A stretch of DNA of 64,000 bases from Malacoraja senta (taxonomy: Eukaryota), in contig CM075985.1 in assembly GCA_038087875.1 (NCBI GenBank), forward strand, positions 16,740,001 to 16,804,000, in the 5' to 3' direction. The position numbers were made by a program, and so were the translations under genes. The notes under the pieces were generated by a model. That model had not been told where the DNA came from. It ran no database searches and saw only the letters and a list, made by a program, of their open reading frames with translations. Shown here one piece after another: positions 12,591 to 25,863 of the stretch (positions within the stretch are counted from its first letter, which is position 1; every line of letters begins with the position of its first letter).

Positions 12591-14289
12591 CTATGATAGA
12601 GATAACAACTATTCCTTCAATTGGAGCGACAAACACCATGGGACACAATGTACAAGGACTGGACTTCTATCTCGTGCTTATTAATTTCTAAACTCAATTT
12701 TGAAATTCATAGATTTTGGTGAACTGGAATTATTAAGAACATTGAATGAATGGAGTAAGGTGACAGATTCACAACAATCTCATTAAATGGCAGTAAAGAT
12801 TCAAGGAGTTATGTAGCTTCCTTCTGTCCCCTTGCTACACCTACATGAAGAACCTGACAAAACCTTGTGCAATCTGGAACTATTCTAATGAGTTGTACAG
12901 AGAAAATCTGCAATAATATTACTATAATATATAGGGGCAACACTGCAATATCCTGCCCACTACCTATAATGTAATTCACTATGAATCAGAATGATTGGAT
13001 ACTGTAATGAGTAGAATCTGAATGCTACCATGCTGCTAATTATCAGTATAACTTTAATGAGTTCCTATTAATTATCAACGGAACAAATTCCTTCCATCTC
13101 CAACTTCCAACTCCATTATCCTGCATTCCAATTTCCTCCTCCGCCGGTTCACAAATGCCTTTCTCATTCTCAGACGTCCTGACCATCTGGAGCAAAACCA
13201 CGAGAAAGCAACCTAATCGCATTAATTTTCATTGTTAAAATGGTAAATAGGAGGACATCTGCAAAGATCGTGGGAAAATAATGGCAAAAGAATTATCAAT
13301 CTATGGCCCACCATCTTCTGGCAGTTCAAGTGAAAAATAATGAGATAGCATCATCGAAATTCCAATTTTAAAACTAGCATCCTCAAATTATATACGTGAG
13401 CCAATTCAAGTGTAGGGAAACAGTTAATTGCCTTGCAATTATATTCACTGGTAAACAGTTTAATCACTGATCCTTGAAGAATGTGTACGGTATTCCTTTC
13501 GACATCAGAATTGCATAACAAGGCTCTCTGCCGGGGATTACTGTTGGATAATGAGTCAATTTGGAGCATCATTCAATTAATGCATGTAATAGTGAGAATT
13601 AAACAAAAAAGAAAGAAATCACAAGGACATTCCTGTAACAATTTTAAAGAAAACTTCAGATATGAAACATCTCTGTACCTTTTGTTTCTTAGAAGGGATT
13701 AAACACAGCCAGTTGACCGAGAACAGGTAATAACCACCTCAAAAAATCTCAAAGGAGGCACGTTTGACTTGACATAGTAATTAAACAAGAGCTTAGGAAG
13801 CCAATGTCACTCTCAGTGTGTGGCTGTAAATGCCTTAAACCTGTTTAATTTAAAATTCCAAATTTGTATTAAAAGATATGACTGAAGTTGGCAGAAAACG
13901 TCACCTTAAGTAGCCTACCAGCATGCTGATGGATTTGTTTTCATTTAATTAATTTTGACCCTTCCTGCTCAATGATTTTCCTCAATGGAAGCCAAGATCA
14001 GCAACAAAGGGGGTGATTGCTGCTCTGAAGTAATTGACAATCAACTTGAAGCTACCTTGAAGGAAATGCACAAAGGTGGCCATTTGCAATGTGCCTTCCA
14101 GGCATGGACAAATGTTGTGGGAAGACTGGTAAATCTTAGTGAATTAGATCGACTTCTCTGCTCAAGATTCATAGTACAAATATTTCATACATTTAACCTT
14201 CGGGAGACATTGCAGCTCAGTGGAGAAACCGCAGACCAGTTTGCTCTGAAGTAAGAGAAACTCAGTTGCCAGCGTACACATCACTGAAG

Positions 14290-14387
14290 AAGTCTGAAGA
14301 AGGGTCTCGTTCAAAAACATCACCTATTCCTTTTCTCCAGAGATGTTGTCTGACCCGCTGAGTTACTCCAGCTTTTGTGTCTATCTG
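14290..14387 (+). mobile_element. PLE-derived mini-element, degenerate hammerhead core
   Basis: agtctgaagaagggtctcgttcaaaaacatcacc...ctgagttactccagc. Confidence 0.78.
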
Positions 14388-14631
14388 TACTTCACTGAGT
14401 GCAAGCAAATTTAATAATAATATTTACATAACTTGTCAAGTGTTCCACGAACATTGTTCTCCAAAAGCAACTTTACTTTATACACTAATGCCATTCTGGA
14501 ACTGAGCAGTGTATACTTCCCCAATTTCTATTTAATTATTGTGGATAGTCCAGATTGAGAGGTGGCCAGTATGTTCACTATATGGTACGTCACAACAAAA
14601 AGGAGAATAGAACGAAATGTTAACAAAATGA

Positions 14632-14724
14632 AGATAGACACAAAATGCTGGACTAACTCAGCGGGCCAGGCAGCATCTCTGGAGAGAAGGAATGGGTGGC
14701 GTTTCGGGTCGAGACCCTTCTTTA
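14632..14724 (-). mobile_element. PLE-derived mini-element with 10-bp TSD
   Basis: TSD aacaaaatga at 14622-14631 and 14725-14734. Confidence 0.82.
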
Positions 14725-16369
14725 AACAAAATGATCTCATTTCACTGATCTAAGAGCAGTTCCTTTCATTTGAATTCCTGTTAAAAATTAATGGACTGTG
14801 TTGTTATCATCTCCAGTACAGCAGAGAACTCCATGGTGAAGAAACATCGAGGAGAAGTCCAGGGTATATAACAGGAGGAATCCCTTCATTTAAACATTTT
14901 TTTAAAGTGGACGCTGGAAATCTGAAATAATAACATAAAATGCAGGAAGCATTCAACAAAGTGCCAAAACTATGGAAAGAGAAACATAGTTTAAACATCA
15001 ATTAAATTAAACATAATTTAATTCCATAATTGTGCAATATTACATATGTGCTTTGTAATAACTGGTCACTTAAAAAATGTCATTATTATTATAATGCACA
15101 TGACACTTTCAATGCCTTGTAACTGTATCTTTTGACTGGTGGCAGACCAATTTAAAATAAATTTGCATCATATCGTAAATCATGTTTCATCAGAATGGTT
15201 GTTGTCCGGAAATGTTAACTTTCCGCAGATGCTGTGTTGCCTTTTGAGTGTTTCCCGTCTTTTCTACTTTGATATGTGTTCATTTGAAGTTTGACTGCTA
15301 CACCAGCAATGAAATGAAGTGTTCTTTTCAGAGCTCTATTTCAATGACAGGTTGGACCAATATCAGTCAGGTTATAATTTGCCATAGCTCTGCTAAATAC
15401 AACTCTCATATTTAGCAAATTGAGATGAAAAGGTGTGTATTAGAATAGCAAATTTCCCTTAGAACATCTTGGAGAGCCACTTGCTTGCTGCTTGAAGCCA
15501 GAATCCTTCTTGTTGGAGATATAAAGATGTGATTTGTTTAATGAAGCAATTGGAGCTGCCTTCAACCTGCAGTGAGAAGGGTACAATTGTGACCAGTGTA
15601 AATACTGTAGATGAAAATTGTTATTTGGAGGAAAGAAGACCACACAAACTTGTGGAACAACCTATTTAGTTAGCACAGGCACTATGGGCAGAAAAGCCTT
15701 CTCCTATGCTGTCGTTTCCTATGATATTATGATTACTAGCACCCCTCCCGATACGTCAAGGACAACGTACTTACAAGTAAAATCGCTCAAAATAGCATGC
15801 AAGATATGTTGATACGGCCAATGAAGCAGTAACTTGTCTCAAAATAGTTATATTATTGGAAAATGTACTTGGAAAATCCCATGAAATCCCTTGATGTCTC
15901 TATCATGAGTTTTTCCAGATTTCATTCTGTAAACTGCATTAAATATTTCTTTTACAAACTGGAGTTATCCTTCCAGCAACAATTCATCAAAAGCTGTAAA
16001 ATTCTATCGGTAAACTGCATAATAAGATTGTCAATTTGTTTCCATGCTTTCAACACATAAAATGAAAGCCACTGAGTCCACACCGACCATCAATCATCCA
16101 ACTAACTTTATATTATCGCATAATCTCAATCAGCCTGATTTTGGTGTTACCTTGCCCTCAACAGATTTCATCTGCTCCTCTGTCAGCAGCTTCTAAGGAG
16201 CAAGCAATTGTGAAAATCAGGAAGTTGCTGTTGGCACAAGCTGAGTCTCTGTAACTAAAGCATCATCCAGGGTTAAACTTAGCAGGCAAAATTTAGTCTT
16301 TCCAGAGGAGGAAACTACACTTAATGGTGTTACTACCAACCAATCCAAGATACTAGAGGTCAAGCCAAA

Positions 16370-16460
16370 AAAAACTGCCGTAGGAACTCACAAGGTCAGG
16401 CAGCATCTGTGGAGGAAAATAGGCAGATGACGTTTCGGGTCAAGACCCTTCTTCAAACTG
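16370..16460 (-). mobile_element. PLE-derived mini-element with hammerhead-like core
   Basis: Minus strand cagtttgaagaagggtcttgacccgaaacgtcatc. Confidence 0.78.
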
Positions 16461-16896
16461 GAATTTAACATTCCTTCAACTAAGGGTACAACAAATATTT
16501 TATTTTATCATTTGCCTCATTTGTCTCTTTTAAACAAACCCTTTAACTTTATTTTGCATCTAAGCCTGATTTGAAATTGAATTAATTACTTTAAGCATTG
16601 CTTCCTTGCTCAGAATCCATATTGCTAATTACGTATCAATTTTATTGGTTTAATCAATACTCGATTATTTTAAAAAGACACCAAGTGCTGGAGTAACAGT
16701 GGGTCATGCTGCATCTCTGAAGAACATGGCTAGGTGATATTTTGGGTTAGGGCTTTCTCAATTATTGCCTGATCTACATAAACACAGATGTATTGTGGAG
16801 AGTACTATATTATTTCAATGTTTCACAGACAGCAACCTGCTGTGCAAAATGTTATGGAAAATTTGCATCCAAGTGCAAGTAAAGACTGTCGAAAAA

Positions 16897-17192
16897 TTTA
16901 GACTTTAGACATACAGCGTGGAAACAGGCCCTTCGGCCCACTCAGACCGCGCTGACCACTGATCACCCCGTCCACTGGCACTATTCTACACACTGGGGAA
17001 AATTTACAATTTTACGGAAGCCAATTAACCTACAAACCTGCACATTTTTGGATTGTGAGAAGAAACCGAAGCACCCAGAAAAACCCCACATGGTCACAGG
17101 AAGAACGAGCAAACTCTGTACATTGTCAGCATCGAACCCGGGTCTCTGGCGCTGTAAGGCAGCAACTCTACTGCTGCGCTACTGTGCCACCC
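16897..17192 (-). mobile_element. HE1-type SINE
   Basis: Reverse complement of the family consensus with tRNA head and tail. Confidence 0.85.
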
Positions 17193-18186
17193 TAAAGATA
17201 TACACCCTAATGCCCTAAAAGGCCAGGTTACTTTAATAAACATCAATGATTAATAACACAAAACATTGCAAGTTAGTAACGAACTGAACACAATCATTGC
17301 ATGCTTTGAACAGAAGTGGTATTCTGCCAGATATGGATTCACAATGGCCATGTGGACCTGAAATGACACAAACTCACCATCCACATACAAAGCAATCGAG
17401 GAATTCAATGCTAAAGGTAATGCACTTTTAAATCGTATCACTGGGTTCCATTGATGAAATAACTCTGACCTAATGCATTATGTATTTTTACATGTAAAAT
17501 GTAATTATTCAATTACCTTGAACCAGTTAGGGTGGTCATAGACCATTGTGTTACGTTTTAGCGACATATTACTTTTGAGCTGTGAAAGCTTTTTATGGTT
17601 AGTTATTAGAGGTTGATTATTATAGAGGGTTGAATATCTGTGAGAAATGTCAGTGATTTGCACTCATATTTCCCTTTCAGTCAGTGAGACTTGAAGTGAT
17701 TGAGCAGTTTGGCCAACTTTCCATAGATAGACTTACAGATTCTAATGTCCAAAAACAAACCATGCAATGACACACAGGTATAAGTGCAACTCAGATCTGG
17801 AGCCAAATTGTGCTGAAAAGCTGTTGTCCATACAAAATTAAACACATGATTGAACATCAATGCTATTTCATTTCTGCATGCTCTGTCTGCTATTTATTTC
17901 AGAGAGCATTCATTGCTGAAGAGATTCCCTGGAAGATTGACTCCTAAATTATGCCAATGCAACCTCTGAATGGTCTATTACAGACTCATACCAAATTGTC
18001 AATGTCATATAGGAAGATGTGGAGAGAAGGCAGCAGAATGAGGCTGAGAGGGAAAAATAGATCAGTCATGATCAAATGGCGGAGCAAACTTAATGGGACG
18101 AATAGCCTTATTCTGCTTCTATATCTTATGATCTTATCATCTGTGCACCAAACCTTTCCTTGAACTCAACTCCCAAATTAACTACG

Positions 18187-18516
18187 TTTTAGTTTAAGTT
18201 TACTTAAGTTTAGTTTAGAGATACAGTGCGGAAACAGGCCCTTCAGCCCACCGAGTCCGCACCGACCAGCGATCCCCGCACAGTAACCCTATCCTATACA
18301 CACTAGGGACAATTTACATTTATAGCAAGCCAATTAAACTACAAACCTGTACGTCTTTGGCATGTGGGAGGAAACGGAAGATCTCGGAGAAAACCCACGC
18401 GGTCACGGGGAGAACGTACAAACTCCATGCAGACAGCACCCGTTGTTGGGATTGAACCTGGGTCTCAGGGGCTGTAAGCGCTGCAAGGCAGCAACTCTAC
18501 TGCTGCGCCACCGTGC
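18187..18516 (-). mobile_element. HE1-type SINE
   Basis: Reverse complement of the family consensus; (ctaaa)n tail. Confidence 0.85.
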
Positions 18517-20144
18517 ATTTTTTTTCAGTTTTGGGAAACACATTATCAACATGAGATTTTCACGCTAATCAGGTAAATTATTCAAGCTGTTTTCCTACCC
18601 TATCATAAAATAATTAAAAATAACATTAACAAGTATCCTAATTGCCTTTTGCAATGTAATTTCATGCCATAATGGAGTTGTAAAAGGAATCATATTTGAA
18701 GAAGTGCGAAGATATGGAATGCATGATCTGATCATTTAAAATCTAAACTGCACATAAAATATTACTAAGGGTTACAATGAAAACACAGGAGACATTAAAG
18801 TCTGCAGAGCTGCAATCTGGAGCAAAAACAAACTGTTGGAGGAACACAGGTACTTGCCGACAATATTCCAATAGCACTATCAAACTACAGCATCCCATTT
18901 CTGGTCGAGACCCTTCCTCTGGACTGAACGTGTGGAGGGGAGATAGGCAGGATAAAGGCATGAGTGGGTGTAGCAAGAGCAAACATGCAATAGGTTGGTC
19001 CAGGTGAGCAGAGGCAGCTTGGAGGATGGAGTCAGGAAGAAAGTGAGGGCAGCAAGCTGGGGACAAGGGACACCAAGGGGTTCAACAGCAAACAGAATTA
19101 AAGGGAACCCAAATACAAATGTTCAAACAAAATGTTTGGCGACTGCAGCATATCACAAACGAATGAATCCAGTCCGGGCAGATCGATTGATACTTTATCA
19201 TGACATGTGACATGTCACAGCAAAGTTCTTTGTTTTGCATGCCATACACCAAGTAGGCAAAGAGTCGCCAGGTATATGGTGCCGACAAAGTTACAAAGTG
19301 TTCAATGTAATCCCTCTGTGTTCTCGGCGTCCCCATCTCCCACTGAGATACTCCAGCTTTTTGTGTCTATCTTCGGTTTAAACCAGCATCTGCAGCATCT
19401 GCATTTCCTTCCTGCACAGCTCCAATGGAGTATTTACTGAACACAAACGGATGGTTTACAGCCACCTACACTTTGGCAGTAGTCGGTAAGTACACAGCTT
19501 CATTCAGAATGACACAGACACTGTTGCGGAGGGAAACAGAATGTCAAGCAGCTTTGACATCATGTAGACCAGTGTTCAATTTGGTACGTTTATGTCACTG
19601 ATGAAAAAATGGATGGTAGTGGCTTCTCTTCTCAATTTCTTTCCCTTATCATCACTTGAGCTTTGTCCCTCAGGTGCTGGCAGCCCTGTATAGCCATCCA
19701 TAAACCGCCAATCCTCATTTGTAACTGTTACTGTGTAATTTGACAATGCGACCAAGTTGCCTGATAGCACAGGAGAAATGAGGGATGGATCCTTCAACTT
19801 TCTTGCTCCAGCTTGCTGAGTTAATGGCAGCTGGAGAAAAACATTATGACTTTGTATACAGAAGTGCTGTTGTGTTCTTTGGAATTGTATCTATTTAAGC
19901 AGAAAATAAAGCAAACAAGAAGCAGTATGGCCCACTGCTTCTATTTCTCATGTGAACAGGAATCACGGTTTTTAGCTTTCCTTTGTTTATTTAACACTGC
20001 CAGTGGGTATTTCTCTCTTAATCCAGTCCTCCAATAGTTCTCTCATAGATGAAACGGGTGCTAGAACTGTATATGCTCTGGGACATAATGAATATTTTAT
20101 AGTGACTAGTCAGACTATCAAATCAATGCCAGCTCTCAGATAAG

Positions 20145-20312
20145 TTCATAAAAATGATAAGTGATAGGGAGCATAATCAGGCCATTCAGCCCATCAATTC
20201 TACTTCACCATTCATCATGGCTGATCTCTCTCTCCCTCCCAATCCCATTCTCCTGCCTTCTCCTCATAACTCCTGACACCTGCACTAATCACGACTCTAC
20301 CTATCTCTGCCT
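20145..20312 (-). mobile_element. CR1/HER1 LINE 3' tail
   Basis: Reverse of ttaaggcagagatag...ggagaaggcaggagaatggg...gaatggcctgattatgctc. Confidence 0.75.
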
Positions 20313-21120
20313 TAAAATGGATAGGTAACGTTTCGTGTTGGGACCCTCCTTCAAACAGATTATAGTGGGGGAGTGGAGCAGGGTGGGGAACTGGCGGTGA
20401 GAAAAAAGCCAGGACAAATCGTGATTGACAACAGGTCACCTCAGTCAAGGAGGTTCCCTGATAGCCCAATCGTTGACTAGAGAGGGCATGAGCTCAAGAG
20501 AGTTACATTTGGCAATGGAGGAGGACCTACACATACGTTTCTTTTCGATGAAAGAGGAATCCACAGCATCCAGGGGTAACCCACGCGGTTACAGGGCAAA
20601 TGTGCACACTCCTCACAGCCAGTTTCAGATGTCAGGATCGAGCCCGGGACAATGGAACCAAAAGGAGCAGATCCACCTATTGGCCGTATTAATCTAAGAT
20701 TTTAATGCTTTAAGAAATAGAATTGCATTTCCAAAAGGATGGAAGGTAAAGAGAGGAAAATGGCACAGTTGAAATGAAGGAAAAAGGATACCTGAAATGA
20801 AAATCACAGTGATGATGGAAACTGTGCCAACATGAGGCTGCAAAAAGAAAAAGAAAAAGAAAAGGAGGAGGCCATGAGCCCCAAGAGTTGCTTCCACGGT
20901 AACTATTCTGGTTTTAAATCCTCACCCTTCTACAAATTCATTCACTTTCACTTTCTGTTTAACCATTCACAGTACACACAGAGTATTTGAGTATTTTCTG
21001 GGTACACCATTAAACAGCTTTCTATAGTGTTGGAGTAAGTCCCAATATATCTTGGATTCCCGTTGCATTGAACCAAAGTTGTCCATCGCCTTTGTCTTTA
21101 ACATCCCATGTTCCCAGAAT

Positions 21121-21537
21121 CTTCTTCTTCTTAGGCCCCCTTCGGTCATGGCTGACCAAGGGTGTCTCCAGGATGCTATTCACTATATGGAGGACACCTG
21201 TGCGTGACTTTGTTTAACGTGGTGAGACTGGTGCACGGACATCCACCCCACGGTCCTTGACAGATCTGGGTCAGGATCCAGTGGCATGGAGTCCAAGTCG
21301 GCCATAGACCCTTTCCAGCTGCAGCTTTCATCCGCCTTCCCAGCCGTTGTGACACTCCACGAAGGTTAGCCATCGTCCTCCGCCTGTTCCACCGTTGAGA
21401 TCTTGGTTGGATTGCTCTTTGTCAGAGACCTCCCCCTTGACCTTACCACCATGGGTGGCCCTACCAGGAGCATAGCTTTCAGGATCTCAGGTCCACACAA
21501 GCTTCTCCACCACGACAAGGTGACAATCCACAGAGAA
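21121..21537 (-). mobile_element. Short bipartite RTE-derived non-autonomous retroposon
   Basis: 9-bp TSD tcccagaat (21112-21120, 21538-21546); (GAA)n tail; 5' part resembles RTE/BovB/Expander 5'UTR (ctggtagggccaccca...tctgacaaagag); 3' gaccgaagggggcc resembles RTE 3' ends. Confidence 0.8.
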
Positions 21538-22494
21538 TCCCAGAATAGCTGCAGTTATAATGTTGGTGATTCTTTCCCTACCCTTTGAAACAATAGTGAT
21601 GAGCCAACTGATTGTGAAACACCAATTGATACAATGCTAGAAAACTGGAATTGGGTAACTCTCCCCCACACTGCCTTTGATGAATTTTGTTGAAATTTGA
21701 TCATAATTGTCATCCTCTTTTTATTCAGTGTCAAAACTCAGGTAATTTGTTAAAGAGTTGAACATTTCATTTGATTTCCATCTTATTAAAAACAAATACT
21801 TTCTAAAGGTGCAGAATTATGGCTTTAAAATGTCAGGCGTTCGTTGATGAAATATCGTTTGAATATTGTAAACAAGATTCTACTACTCTCTTTAGAGTAG
21901 ACTATACTTCTATTAGCATCTTTTTTTGGTTAATCATCATTATTGCCTCACATAAAACTGGTATTAAATGCAGCGATTTACTGCTGCCTAAAGTTAAACA
22001 ATCCCAACGTTTCATTAGTGTGACAGATTGGCATTTGCAACTTGGTCGCATTTGAATTATGCAGTCATTGCTACATCTCAGATGAAAACATGTCTAGCAT
22101 AAAATACCACAATATTCATTTTATTGTAATTCTTTTCATTACCACCAGCCTCATTGAGGAACATTTGTCAGCTAAGACTTTAAGGTGATCTATTTTTTCT
22201 TATTATCAGCCCCGCAGGTTTCATGCATACAGTATATCTGTTTGACATTCGTTGGAAGCATCTTGCAATTAGAGTAATTACAAAATATTAAATGATTGAA
22301 TCAGTGATAGTCATAACACAGGCAAAAAGCCAGGTCCACCTCGTCGTCGCATATGGTGCTCAGCAGACTTGCCATTCTGCATGCTCCAGGCCTTAGTCAC
22401 AATCTGCTTCCCTCTGCAAAATCCACAGAGCTGGGATGTGTCATTTTTCCTCTCCAGTTCTGGCTCAAAACTGGATATTGTTGCAGCAGAAACA

Positions 22495-24245
22495 AACATC
22501 ATAGAGTTATAGAATGGAAACAGGCCATTCGGCCCAAATTGCCCACACCAGCCAACATGTCCCAGCTACACTAGTCCCACCTGCCTGCGCTTGGTCCATA
22601 TCCCTCCAAACTTGTCCTATCCATGTACCTGTCTAACTGTTTCTTAAACATTCAAGATTCAAGATTCAAGAGAGTTTATTGTCATGTGTCCCATATAGGA
22701 CAATGAAATTCTTGCTTTGCTTCAGCACAACAGAATATAGTAGGCATGAATACAGAACAGATCAGTGTGTCCATATACCATTATATAAATATATACACAC
22801 CGGAATTAATAAACATATAAAGTGCAAATAAACAGATAATGGGCTATTAATGTTCAGAGTTTTGTTTGAGTTGTTTAATAGCCTGATGGCTGTGGGGAAG
22901 CAGCTATTCCTGAACCTGGATGTTGCAGTCTTCAGGCTCCTGTACCTTCTACCTGCAGGTAGCAGGGAGATGAGTGTGTGGCCAGGATGGTGTGGGTCCT
23001 TGATGATGCTGCCAGCCTGTTTGAGGCAGCGACTGCGATAGATCCCCTCGATGGTAGGGAGGTCAGAGCCGATGATATACTGGGCAGTGTTTACTACTTT
23101 TTGTAGTCTTTTCCGCTCCTGGGTGCTCAAGTTGCCGAACCAAGCCACGATGCAACCGGTCAGCATGCTCTCTACTGTGCACCTCGGTGCACATGCTGCA
23201 TACTGTGCACCTCGGTGGGAACCTCAGACCTCAGTGTTCTTGGACCAGGAGAGATCTTCAGAGATGTGCACGCCCAGGAATTTGAAGCTCTTGACCCTTT
23301 CCACCATCGACCCATTGATATAAACGGGACTGTGGGTCCCCATCCTACCTCTTCCAAAGTCCACAATCAGTTCCTTGGTCTTGCTGGTGTTGACGGCCAG
23401 GTTATTGTGCTGGCACCATTTGGTCAGTCGGTCGATCTCTCTTCTATACTCTGACTCGTCCCCATCAGTGATATGTCCCACAACAGTGGTGTCGTCAGCG
23501 AACTTGATGATGGAGTTCGCACTATGGCTGGCCACACAGTCATGAGTATAGAGTGAGTACAGCAGGGGGCTGAGCATGCAACCTTGAGGTGCTCCTGTGC
23601 TGATTGTTATCGAGGCTGACACCTTTCCACCAATTCGAACAGTCTGTGGTCTGTGAATGAGGAAGTCGAGGATCCAATTGCAGAGGGATGCGCAGAGACC
23701 CAGTTCTGCGAGTTTGGTAACCAGCCTGGAGGGGATGATTGTATTAAATGCCGAGCTGTAATCAATGAATAACAGCCTGACATATGAGTTTTTGTTGTCC
23801 AAGTGGTCCAGAGCGGAGTGGAGAGCCAGCGAGATCGCATCCACCGTTGATCTGTTGTGGCGGTAGGCGAACTGCAATGGGTCCAGGTTTTTGTCGAGGT
23901 AGGAGTTGATTTGCGCCATAATCAATCCCTCAAAGCACTTCATCACCACCAACGTTAGTGCCACTGGTCGATAATCATTGAGGCGCGTCACCTTGCTCTT
24001 CTTGGGCACCAGTATAATTGATGCCCTTTTAAAGCAGGTGGGAACCTCAGACCTCAGAAGTGAGAGGTTGAAAATGTCCGTAAAAACTCCAGCATCCCAG
24101 CCTCAACTACCTCATCTGGCACCTTGTTCCATACACCCACCACCCTTTGTGTGAAAAAGTTACCCCTCAGATTCCTATTAAATCTTTTCCCTTTCACCTT
24201 GAACCTATGTCCTCTGGTCCTCGATTCCCCTACTCTGGACAAGAG
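22495..24245 (-). mobile_element. CR1/HER1 3' fragment split by a Rex1 insertion
   Basis: Tail at 22495-22650 resumes at 24094-24245 (SRVGESRTRGHRFKVKGKRFNRNLRGNFFTQRVV). Confidence 0.8.
22651..24093 (-). mobile_element. 5'-truncated Rex1/Babar-like LINE
   Basis: RT ORF 23224-24009 ([13 protein letters not shown]), C-terminus 22762-23166, (cttgaat)n tail; highly similar to 4583-6010. Confidence 0.92.
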
Positions 24246-24458
24246 ACTACGATCAGTAATCATTTGGCCCATCATATCCCTCATTCCAGCATTACTGTCA
24301 AGTCCAGAGTCATCGCTCATTCAATGAGGTTTGCAAGGAATGATTCCAACCACGGGGTTGTTTTTGTATTGATACCCATTGACTTTGATTTTTAATCAGG
24401 GCTCCAAATGGCCACACTTGATCAAACAACACTTTGATGTCAAGGGCAATCACTCTCA

Positions 24459-24594
24459 TGAGTAGGAAGGAATTGCAGATGCTGATTTAAGCCGAAGATA
24501 GACACAAAAAGCTGTGTCTCAGCAGGACAGGCAGCATCTCTGGAGAGAAGAAATGGGTGACGTTTTAGGTCGAGACCCTTCTTCAGACTGATGG
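24459..24594 (-). mobile_element. PLE-derived mini-element with 9-bp TSD
   Basis: TSD tcactctca at 24450-24458 and 24595-24603; core cagtctgaagaagggtctcgacctaaaacgtcaccc. Confidence 0.82.
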
Positions 24595-24732
24595 TCACTC
24601 TCACCTCACTCTACAATACAACTCGTTGGTCCCTGTTTGCAGCGATAGTCCTGCTGCCACAGAGCTTCACAGGTTGTAGGGAGCAGAATTAGGCCATTCG
24701 GCCCATCAAGTCTACTCCACCATTCAATCGTG

Positions 24733-24860
24733 ACTGAAGAAGGGTCCTAACATGAAACGTCACCTGTCCATGTTCTCCAGACCAGCTGCCTGACCCACTG
24801 AGTTATACCAGCACGTTGTGTTTTTATTTTGTAAATCAGTATCTGCAGATCTTTTTGAAT
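24733..24860 (+). mobile_element. PLE-derived mini-element with hammerhead-like core
   Basis: ctgaagaagggtcctaacatgaaacgtcacctg...gagttataccagc. Confidence 0.75.
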
Positions 24861-25029
24861 ACATCTTCCTGTGACCACATACCTCCCCATGTGATCCCAA
24901 ACATGCAACAGGAGGTTCATTGGTTTAATTACCCTCGAGCTGTTACGCGAGTTGAGAGAGAATAAAACGGAAGGTTGGGACAAATGGGAATCCCGCAAGA
25001 CCCACCAGAGATTTCAGAAGCCTAATTGT

Positions 25030-25597
25030 TTAGATAGGTCTCAGCGATACAGCATGGAAACAGGACCTTCAGAATTAAAGGATGTTCTTTTAGGACGTTC
25101 TTTGAGGAGAAATTTCTTTAGTCAGAGGGTGGTGAATCTGGAGGCCAAGTCAATGGATATTTTTTAAGGCAGAGATAGATAGATTTTTGATTAGTACGGG
25201 TGTCAGAGGTTATGGGGAGAAGGCAGGAGGGAGAGATAGATCAGCATTGATTGAATGGCGGAGTAGACTTGATGGGGCGAATAGCCCGATTCTACTCCTA
25301 TTCCTTATGACTTATGACCATATGCCCACTGAATCCACGTCGACCATCAATCACCTGTTCACACTCGTTCTATGTTATTACACTTAATCATCCACTCCCT
25401 ACACTCCAAGGGCAATTTACAGAGGCCAATTAACCTACAAACCCACATGTCTTTGGGATGTGGAAGGAAACTGGAGCAAGGGGATGAAACCCACATGGTC
25501 ACAGGGAGAAAGTGCCAACTCAGCAGCACCCAAAATCAGGATTGAACCGACAACTCTGTCGCTGTGAGGCACCAGCTCTCCCAGCTGTGCTGCTGTG
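25030..25597 (-). mobile_element. HE1-type SINE interrupted by a plus-strand CR1 3' fragment (~25070-25320)
   Basis: SINE tail gatacagcatggaaacaggaccttc resumes at gcccactgaatcc after the CR1 piece. Confidence 0.72.
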
Positions 25598-25863
25598 AAA
25601 TAAACCATGGGTTAGAACATGGGATTTGTGGTGGAGATCAAACTGTTGGAGAGTCTGTTGGTGCCAGAGAAACAAATTAACAACTGGGGCAGAGAGGGGG
25701 CCTGGGATGTGCGGCTGAGAGAGACGAGGGTTCTCAGAGGAACCTGGTGTCAGGCGATGGTGCCTGAAGAGCATATATACTGATTGTGTTTAAACCATAG
25801 TTACAGCAAACAGAGGCCATCCTCCTCTTCTTCATCATTGACAACTTTACAGGGGTAAACTAA

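Noticed and set aside
19576-19840. 73-aa minus-strand ORF near a tttctccag acceptor as a possible host exon
   Set aside because: All three frames from that acceptor hit stops; no recognisable domain or donor site
19745-22052. Exact 16-bp inverted match gcaacttggtcgcatt (19745-19760 vs 22037-22052)
   Set aside because: About one such match is expected by chance in 64 kb; no extension
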